Assembly: GCF_006345805.1 (NCBI RefSeq)
Contig: NW_021828774.1
Span: 1-7,793, forward strand
Reading direction: 5' to 3'
Source of the DNA: Octopus sinensis
Lineage: Eukaryota
DNA: 7,793 nt
Shown here: piece after piece, positions 1 through 5,924 of the stretch
Position numbering within the stretch: position 1 is the first letter of the stretch
How the letters are laid out: each line of letters begins with the position of its first letter
Notes under the pieces: generated by a model
What the model was told of the DNA's origin: nothing
The model's database searches: none
The model's input: the letters and a program-made list of their open reading frames with translations, nothing else
Program-made: the position numbers and the translations under genes

Positions 1-691
1 GATGCGCAGGTGAAGTTTGTTCTAATGGTGAACTGGTGGCCTTGTTCCAGTATAAATTCTGATCCTTCTTTCAAGATGACACAGATTCCGCAGTTGGGCC
101 TTCCACATTTTCTAACTGCTGGTTTTGTGGTTGATGTTGATGCAGTGTAGCTTGAGTTAAAATCCTTTTCAAGGATTTTGGTTGCCGTTTACTTTAATGA
201 TGGTGGTGTTTCGAGGATCCGGTCATCTTTGGGTCTCCCTTTAGTAGGGCTGTGCTTTGTAGTATGGTGCTGAAGGCCTCATTGTTGAGTGGGTTGTGTG
301 TAGAGATGTAGGGAAGGGTTTTTATTGTTCTTTCTTTTTTGGTTTTGTTTGTCTCAGGTCTTCTATACTTAATTTAAGTACCCGTTGGATTGCACTGTCT
401 ATTAGGGGCTGTGGATAGTTTCTATTTGTGAGGGTGGTTTAAGTTCCTGGAGACGTGTGTGTCGGGTGTTTGTTGTCTGATATTATGGTGCAAAATCCTT
501 CTAGCTAAACAAAAAGGACCTTCATTCTAGTGTGTCGTGGGTGGCAGAATCAAAGGGTAGGTACTGTTTAGAGTCTGTCGGTTTATAGTAGATATCTGTC
601 TCTATTTGTTGCCGGTTTTCTTAATGAGGATGTCTAAAAATGGTAATTCTTTTTCGTTGTGGTCCATCGTGAATTGTATATTGTCATTTAT
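1..691 (-). mobile_element. Decayed, 5'-truncated Penelope-like retroelement: RT C-terminus/thumb and Cys-rich linker leading to the GIY-YIG endonuclease (which would lie left of base 1)
   Basis: Manual minus-strand translation across several frameshifts: INDNIQFTMDHNEKELPFLDILIKK / IETDIYYKPTDSKQYLPF / LARRI / RNYPQPLIDSAIQR / TLPYISTHNP / KRQPKSLKRILT / KPAVRKCGRPNCGICVILKEGSEFILEQGHQFTIRTNFTCAS. These match recalled PLE motifs (F-T-M...LPFLD, TDIYYKPT, C-x4-C-x2-C linker, TC-x-S just before GIY). Confidence 0.9.
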
Positions 692-693
692 AC

Positions 694-729
<36 letters not shown>

Positions 730-736
730 ATATATA
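694..736. repeat. (TA)n microsatellite at the PLE truncation junction
   Basis: Direct reading; one small interruption near 718-720. Confidence 0.97.
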
Positions 737-850
737 TTGTATTTTGGATGGTCATTTTATTTATTATTTATTTTTCCTAAATAAAAATACGCCCTATATT
801 TTTCTCTCACTTGTTTATTACTGTTATTTTATTATTTTAATGCTTGTTCA

Positions 851-897
851 TTGTCCAGAAATCTTTCGTCACACATTTGTGACCTCTTCAGTGACAC
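851..897 (-). ncRNA. Minimal type I hammerhead ribozyme motif (near-intact)
   Basis: Minus strand: GUGUCA CUGAAGA G GUCAC-AAAUGU-GUGAC GAAA GAUUUC / UGGACAA. Core at 891-885, 5-bp stem II, GAAA at 867-864, quasi-palindromic stem III AGAUUU, predicted UUC cleavage between 858 and 857, stem I UGUCA/UGGACA with one bulge. Confidence 0.72.
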
Positions 898-984
898 TTT
901 TCTTTTCCGTGTGTGCTCTTGCTCCACTTACTCCATTCTGATGAATCGAATAAGTGGGAAGAAGGACACACATGGAAACGAAAA

Positions 985-1019
985 GTGCCGCTGAAGAGGT
1001 CACAGGTTTCCGGACAATG
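985..1019 (+). ncRNA. Broken mirror copy of the hammerhead motif
   Basis: CTGAAGA (991-997) GGTCAC, then AGGTTTC CGGACAATG. The stem II loop, its 3' strand and GAAA are missing relative to 851-897. Confidence 0.55.
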
Positions 1020-1185
1020 GACAAAGCGTTAAAATAATAAAAGAAAAGTAATAAACGGGTGAAAAAAAATATAGTGCGTGTGTTTAATTGGCAAAAAAAA
1101 AAGTGATAATAATAAATAAAATGACCATCCTGAAATACAACAATACTTGTTTCAACACGCAATTTCACATCAGGAATCATAAACG

Positions 1186-1224
<39 letters not shown>

Positions 1225-1261
1225 GTGTGTGTGTGTGTTGTGTGTGTGCGTGTGCGTGTGC

Positions 1262-1299
<38 letters not shown>

Positions 1300-1316
1300 C
1301 AATAATAATAATAATA
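1186..1316. repeat. Compound microsatellite (TA)n-(TG/TGCG)n-(AAT)n
   Basis: Direct reading. Confidence 0.96.
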
Positions 1317-1451
1317 TTAGGGAATATTATTCCAAACTTACAGGGAAAAATTCAATTTAGAAATACTAAATCAAATTTCACATATAATTTAATTTTTTCA
1401 TTGGTGAATTGATAAAATGTGTTTTTTTTTTCTAATTTATATTATATATAT

Positions 1452-1820
1452 ATAGGCGCAGGAGTGGCTGTGTGGATAGGTGCAGGAGTGGCTGTGTGGT
1501 AAGTAGCTTGTTAACCAGCCACATGGTTCCGGGTTCAGTCCCACTGCGTGGCATCTTGGGCAAGTGTCTTCTTCTATAGCCCCGGGCCGACCAATGCCTT
1601 GTGAGTGGATTTGGTAGACGGAAACTGAAAGAAGCCTGTCGTATATATGTATATATATATGTATGTGTTTGTGTGTCGGCAAAAGAGACCGATAAAATAA
1701 GTACTGGGCTTACAAAGAATAAGTCCCGGGGTTGAATTGCTCGATTAAAGGTGGTGCCCCAGCATGGCCGCAGTCAAATGACTGAAACAAGTAAAAGAGT
1801 AAAAAGAGTAAAAGAGAATA
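1452..1820 (+). mobile_element. tRNA-derived SINE (octopus-type, internal microsatellite) with duplicated head and internal deletion
   Basis: Highly similar to 5925-6325. A-box-like TGGCTGTGTGG, B-box GGGTTCAGTCCC (1531-1542), CTTGGGCAAGT motif resembling the MIR/CORE domain, (GTAAAAGA)-type tail. About 69 nt present at 6126-6194 are missing at 1676/1677. Confidence 0.88.
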
Positions 1821-1821
1821 T

Positions 1822-1930
1822 TACTGGGGAAGGCCGGTTTATGGGATTATCCTGGGTATCCTGTCCATAAAGAGTTTAGCTTTATGGACGGGAAATCCAG
1901 GGTAATCGCATAAACCAGTCTTCCCCAGTA
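1822..1930. mobile_element. Palindromic MITE-like element flanked by TA
   Basis: 49-bp arms at 1824-1872 and 1880-1928 match at 42/49 positions, with a 7-nt loop. TA dinucleotides at 1822-1823 and 1929-1930 fit a Tc1/mariner-type target duplication. Confidence 0.65.
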
Positions 1931-1997
1931 AATATTATATACTGCTCTACATCTTAGAGCCTGATTCTCCTTTGGATTTATGTTTTCTACAAATGAT

Positions 1998-2059
1998 ATA
2001 TGTGTGTATCTGTGTGTGTGTGTGCTTGTGTGTGTGTTTATATGTGTATATACGTGTGG

Positions 2060-2120
<61 letters not shown>

Positions 2121-2127
2121 TATATAC
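1998..2127. repeat. Compound (TG)n/(TA)n microsatellite
   Basis: Direct reading; pure (TA)n at about 2063-2117. Confidence 0.95.
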
Positions 2128-2140
2128 ATTCGACATATAC

Positions 2141-2223
2141 ACAGTTAGATATAAAATAATAATGAAATGAACTTGTATGCAGTGCTACAAGCTCATTTTA
2201 TTATCATTTTTATATTTAAATGT
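2141..2223. repeat. Small AT-rich fold-back
   Basis: atataaaataataatgaaatgaacttgta (2149-2177) versus the reverse complement of 2186-2215: 3 mismatches and 1 gap, 8-nt loop. Confidence 0.75.
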
Positions 2224-2232
2224 ACGAATATA

Positions 2233-2234
<2 letters not shown>

Positions 2235-2326
<92 letters not shown>
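2235..2326. repeat. (TA)n-(TG)n microsatellite
   Basis: Direct reading. Confidence 0.97.
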
Positions 2327-2330
<4 letters not shown>

Positions 2331-2445
2331 GGAAAAATATGTACATACACACACACACACCAGAGTAAGCAATAAATGCGAAATAAGGTAGCAAAAATGG
2401 TACTCGAATACCAGCGGTAAATTAATATGCTTTATTAAAAAGCAT

Positions 2446-2467
2446 ATATATATATATATATATATAT
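2446..2467. repeat. (TA)n microsatellite flanking the second fold-back unit
   Basis: Direct reading. Confidence 0.95.
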
Positions 2468-2523
2468 TACGGAGATGTCCTTGCATAGCAAGTGACCTGG
2501 TCTGAGATCGTGTGCTTGAACGA

Positions 2524-2800
2524 AAACAATTGCAGCGTGGAAGGTGTTTATAAGCCATTTAAGAAACACAAAAACCGTTAGATTCCCTTCAACATATAAA
2601 TTTTATTTGTCAAAATATTTTTGTCGCTTTGAGACCGCGACCTATTCACTGGTCGCAGTCTCAAAGCGACCTGTTTACTGGTCGCGGTCTCAAAGCGACG
2701 AAAAAAATTTTTGACCAAATAAAATTTTTATTTGAAGTGAATCTAACGGTTTTTGTGTGTTTCTTAAATGGCTTATAAACACCTTCCACGCTGCAATGTT

Positions 2801-2801
<1 letters not shown>
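2524..2801. repeat. About 280-bp high-identity fold-back with three GTCGC-N9-GCGAC hairpins at its centre, embedded between (TA)n tracts
   Basis: attgcagcgtggaaggtgtttataagccatttaagaaacac / gtgtttcttaaatggcttataaacaccttccacgctgcaat is a perfect inverted match, and aaaaaccgttagattc / gaatctaacggttttt continues it. Hairpins at 2623-2641, 2652-2670 and 2681-2699. The left unit extends unpaired to about 2468. Confidence 0.96.
2607..2651 (-). ncRNA. Degenerate minimal hammerhead-like motif with variant G3/(C,U)8 core
   Basis: Minus strand: CA GUGAAUA G GUCGC-GGUCUCAAA-GCGAC AAAA AUAUUU / UGACAA. Same layout as 851-897. This copy has A at position 12 (the mirror arm keeps GAAA at 2700-2703) and U at position 8 (the sister linker at 2671-2680 has C). 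Confidence 0.5.
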
Positions 2802-2803
<2 letters not shown>

Positions 2804-2865
<62 letters not shown>

Positions 2866-2890
2866 TGTGTGTGTATGTGTATGTGTGTAT
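2804..2890. repeat. (TA)n-(TG/TATG)n microsatellite
   Basis: Direct reading. Confidence 0.97.
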
Positions 2891-2897
2891 TTATATA

Positions 2898-3125
2898 CTT
2901 TTATTCTTGTATTCTTTTACTTGTTTCAGTCAGTGTGGCTGTGGCCATGCTGGAGCACCGTTTTTAGTAGAAGAAATCGATCCCTGGACTTATTCATTGT
3001 AAGCCTGGTACTTATTCTATTGGTTCCTCTTACCGAACCGCTAAGTTACAGGCACGTAAAGACACTAAGATCGGTTGTTAAACGATGGTGAAAGGACAAA
3101 CACAGGCACAAACACACAAATATAT
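2898..3125 (-). mobile_element. 3' half of the same SINE family as 5925-6325, older copy
   Basis: ttttacttgtttcagtca...ggccatgctggagcaccg...gacttattc...gtacttattctat...ccgaaccgcta is the reverse complement of about 6120-6320. Confidence 0.88.
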
Positions 3126-3134
3126 TCATATTCT

Positions 3135-3577
3135 TTCAAGGACCAAATGTGCTTGGCTATTGTTGTGGCGTTACGTCTCTTGGGGATGTTGAAGGAGGAC
3201 TTGTGGTTGTTAAAGCGGTTTATGAAGAAGCCTTATCTTTCCCCTCCCCCCCATACTTCTGCCCCTTCAGCCCCCGCTTTAACAACCCTAAGACCTCCTT
3301 CAAACTCCCAGAGGGACGTAACGCCACAACCCTAGCCACGCACGTTTGGTCTTTGGAAGAAAGCGCCACAGAGTAGAACTTAAAGTGGAAGATCCTGGAG
3401 AAATGTAAACTGCATTTTAATAGCAGTAACAAGTTCAGGTTATGCCTGGCTGAGGAGAGAGCAATTTTAAAGAGTACCCAACACCCAGATGTTTACCTGA
3501 ATAGCAAGAATGAGGTGTTTAATCATTGCCCACATGAAGGGAAACACATCCTAACGTACCTGCGGATCCCAACATGA
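3135..3577 (+). mobile_element. Decayed PLE GIY-YIG endonuclease C-terminal half (second, different PLE lineage)
   Basis: One frame with a single internal stop at 3374-3376: ...VVKAVYE...F.PRFNNPKTSFKLPEGRNATTLATHVWSLEESATE*NLKWKILEKCKLHFNSSNKFRLCLAEERAILKSTQHPDVYLNSKNEVFNHCPHEGKHILTYLRIPT* (TGA 3575-3577). Fits the recalled PLE EN pattern RxNNHKxSF..T.L..VW.L..KW.IL..CxLC.E..LN...E....C.H. Confidence 0.78.
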
Positions 3578-4155
3578 CTGCAACCATAGGCCTCTGGCCT
3601 CGACCTTCCACCAATGTCCTCAGGCCTGGCAAATAGTTTAACCAAAGCACATACCAATGCACCCATGCACACACACGCACACCCCTACAAGGCAGACACC
3701 CCACAGAATAGACCCCACCACCCCAACATATATCCCTTCACACACAATGTACCCCCACACACACATTATACACTGCACGCTAACATAAATCCCGCCCCCA
3801 ACGACCTTATCCTTTACAGAAAGAAAACAGACCAACGAACATAGCTATAGATACCTACATACCCAGAAAAGTTTATGTATATGGTACCACTACACATATC
3901 CCGTACCCCATCCCCATAGGAACACCACATTTAATAATGCATACTTTCCTCACAAACACTTAAAGATAACTTTTACCGGTCTCACAGCACACCCAACCAT
4001 AGGACATAATTCTTAAGCTAATTCTATGGCCCTTTTTCGTTTCATATCTTTTTCCACAGCAGCAGCTGACTGGTTGTGCTAATCCACCTCGAACAATAGA
4101 CAGCAGGCACCATATTCCCTTCCATATCGGCTAACTCTGATGAGCGTAAGGTTAT
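3578..4155 (+). mobile_element. Probable C/A-rich 3' UTR of the PLE, ending at a hammerhead-core-like CTGATGAG (4137-4144)
   Basis: Directly follows the EN stop codon, is non-coding and C/A-skewed, and ends in CTGATGAG. No stem II 3' strand or GAAA follows. Confidence 0.45.
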
Positions 4156-4260
4156 ATAATCGGATTTTTACCTAACACCAGAATCGATAAACAAGACGTT
4201 TCGTTCAAAGTTCGTTACAGAAAAGATTTTCACTTTTGTCATTGTGGACATTTTACACAT

Positions 4261-4367
4261 TACACACGCGCGCGCGCGTATAAAGCCATAATGGAAAATA
4301 ACAATGTGAGTGTAGACACACACACAAACACACACACACACACACAACCCTACACACACATACACAC
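4261..4367. repeat. (CA)/(CG)6 tract and (CA)n microsatellite
   Basis: (CG)6 at 4267-4278; (CA)n at about 4315-4367. Confidence 0.9.
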
Positions 4368-4489
4368 CATAAAAAATACAAAGCAAACGGCATCGTTGAC
4401 ATTTTCATCAATTTATTACTCGTTCTTTTCGTGCGTTTCGCTAATACAATTAAATAACTGCTGCATAAATTAAGCATCGGCTGCAGCTT

Positions 4490-4786
4490 GATAATAATGC
4501 CATGAATAACAAGTGCCACTCCGTCGCCTGCGACGGTGAGTGTTCCAGGTGATCGGAACAACGGAGCATCCTGCTCGTGAAATTAACGTGCAGGTGGCTG
4601 AGCACTCCGCTGTCACGCACAACTCAGAAAGAAGCGACAAGGCTGGCCCTTTGAATTATAGGCACAACCTTTTGTTTCTAGCTGAATTGAAGAGAGCGAT
4701 GAGGAATAAAGTGTCTTGCTGAAGGGTATCGAACTCACGACATCATGACCGTTATCCAAAGAGCCTGACTACTAAGCCATGCGCTT
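4490..4786 (-). mobile_element. tRNA-derived SINE, second family
   Basis: Minus strand: A-box TGGCTTAGTAG (4779-4769), B-box GAGTTCGATACCC (4736-4724), then CAGCAAGACACTTTATT. The 3' boundary is approximate. Confidence 0.75.
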
Positions 4787-4914
4787 TCGATCATGAACAA
4801 TATTAATCCAAATAAAGTCATACGTTGATTTCTCTCATGCAGCGATCATGAGTAAATTATGGAATGGCTACAAAGATATGGACTTATTTTCCTTATGAAT
4901 AAAAGGAATTTTAA

Positions 4915-5103
4915 AAGCAGTGCTGGCAGAAACGTTAGCACGCCGGGCGAAATACTTAGCAGTATTTCGTCTACCGTTACGTTCTGAGTTCAAATTCCGC
5001 CGAGGTCGATTAAATAAGTACCAGTTGCGTACTGGATTAGATCTAATCGACTGACCCCCTCCCCTGAAATTTCGAGCCTTGTGCCTAGAGCAGAAAAGAA
5101 TTA
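4915..5103 (+). mobile_element. tRNA-derived SINE, third family
   Basis: A-box-like TGGCAGAAACG (4924-4934), B-box GAGTTCAAATTCC (4986-4998), A-rich end AGAAAAGAATTA. Confidence 0.75.
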
Positions 5104-5281
5104 AAAAAGAATTTGATTTACAAAGAAAATCATCCACGCAATCGTCAACTATTCCTTGGAATACAACGAATTTCTTTGAAATTGGGAATATTATTACTAA
5201 TACAGTTCTATATCTAAATGATGAGGAATTATTTACATTATTTACATTCGATGAACATTTGTCCTCATCTTGTTTGTTGTT

Positions 5282-5327
5282 AACAGAAAGTTTCGGCTGA
5301 TATACCTTCCAGCCTTCATCAGGTGTC
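5282..5327 (-). ncRNA. Minimal hammerhead motif, mutated at the cleavage site
   Basis: GACAC CUGAUGA A GGCUG-GAAGGUAUAU-CAGCC GAAA CUUU CUGUU. Core, stem II and GAAA are perfect; G16.2 and position 1.1 are substituted relative to the plus-strand copy. Confidence 0.65.
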
Positions 5328-5361
5328 TTGGGGAAATTTCGAACCTGGGTTCTCAGTCGAT

Positions 5362-5386
5362 GTTGTTGTTATTACCATCATCATCA

Positions 5387-5439
<53 letters not shown>
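5362..5439. repeat. (GTT)-(ATC)-(ATT)n trinucleotide microsatellite
   Basis: Direct reading; source of the poly-Y, poly-I and poly-L ORFs. Confidence 0.97.
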
Positions 5440-5442
<3 letters not shown>

Positions 5443-5514
5443 CTTACTGCCTGGAATCGAATAACATCGAAAAATACCTTAGGAATGAGAACCCAGGTTC
5501 GAAATTTCCCCCAA

Positions 5515-5560
5515 GAAACCTGATGAAGGCTGGAGAGTATATCAGCTGAAACGTTGTGTT
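5515..5560 (+). ncRNA. Minimal type I hammerhead motif with loop-less palindromic stem III
   Basis: GAAAC CUGAUGA(5520-5526) A GGCUG-GAGAGUAUAU-CAGCU GAAA(5548-5551) CGUU / GUGUU. Predicted GUU cleavage between 5555 and 5556; stem III is ACGU; G.U wobble at 10.1-11.1; one stem I mismatch. Confidence 0.72.
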
Positions 5561-5772
5561 AACAACAAAGATGAGGACAAATATTCGTCAAATGTAAATA
5601 ATATAAATAATGTAAATAATGTATTATTAGTAATAATTAGAATTTCGCCGGCACAAGAATTAGTGTTCGTTCCAATATGATTGAATATATCACCAGTTGG
5701 TCAGTCCTACCACTTTTATCACACTTCGGTTTCCTGCTCTCATCCATGACTCTCATGTGCAATTCTTCATCA

Positions 5773-5920
5773 GCTGTGAGGTAAAAAGTTTTCTTTCCAA
5801 CCACATGGTTCCGTGTTTGGTCCCATTGCGTGGTACTTTGTGCATGTGTCTTCTACAATAGCCTAGCGCTGATCAAAGCCTTGTGAGTGGATTTGGTAAA
5901 TGAAAACTTAAAGAAGCTCG
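5773..5920 (+). mobile_element. Diverged 5' half of the main SINE family
   Basis: ccaaccacatggttcc...gtgtcttctac..atagcc...gccttgtgagtggatttgg aligns with about 5935-6080. Confidence 0.85.
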
Positions 5921-5924
5921 AAGT

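Larger units (their letters stand above)
737..1140. repeat. About 400-bp imperfect fold-back (arms ~737-938 and ~943-1140, 4-nt loop TGAT) of a PLE-terminus-like unit
   Basis: Paired blocks: ggatggtcattttatttattatt / aataataaataaaatgaccatcc; cattgtcc / ggacaatg; gtgacctcttcag / ctgaagaggtcac; ccactta / taagtgg; attc-tgat-gaat at the centre. The arms are visibly diverged. Confidence 0.93.
5228..5611. repeat. Fold-back of a hammerhead-bearing unit: arms ~5228-5355 and ~5486-5611 around a 130-nt spacer
   Basis: gaaatttcgaacctgggttctca / tgagaacccaggttcgaaatttc is a perfect match; ccagccttcatcagg / cctgatgaaggctgg; tttgtcctcatct / agatgaggacaaa; both arms end outward in (AATGTAAAT)-type repeats. 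Confidence 0.96.

Noticed and set aside
938-980. CTGATGA at the centre of the first fold-back with GAAAC at about 976-980
   Set aside because: No stem II can be formed between the two motifs, so it was not called a hammerhead.
2360-2445. Short non-microsatellite segment that may be the end of another PLE-type repeat
   Set aside because: Only a vague recollection of similar repeats; there is no second copy or diagnostic motif in this window.
2623-2699. 29-nt periodic hairpin repeats resembling a mini-CRISPR array
   Set aside because: The spacers are near-identical to each other and only 10 nt long, the context is eukaryotic, and no cas gene is present; template switching explains the pattern better.
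606-3091. Many ORFs rich in YI, CV or HT dipeptides
   Set aside because: They are translations of (TA)n, (TG)n and (CA)n tracts joined to SINE or fold-back sequence. The identical MAYKHLPRCN starts of two ORFs simply reflect the inverted repeat.
4195-4222. Minus-strand CGAAACGTC, which looks like an HHR 3' half with a GUC site
   Set aside because: Upstream is CTGTAACGA rather than CUGANGA, and there is no convincing stem II or stem I. It is also on the opposite strand from the core at 4137 and does not complement its flank.
5270-5549. Poly-L, poly-I and poly-Y ORFs
   Set aside because: Products of the (ATT)n microsatellite.
5640-5773. Minus-strand CTGATGA...GAAAC, and a possible exon after an acceptor-like CTTTTTACCTCACAG
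   Set aside because: There is no stem II for a ribozyme. The acceptor comes from the antisense SINE head, and the peptide (DEELHMRVMDESRKPKC...) is unrecognised.
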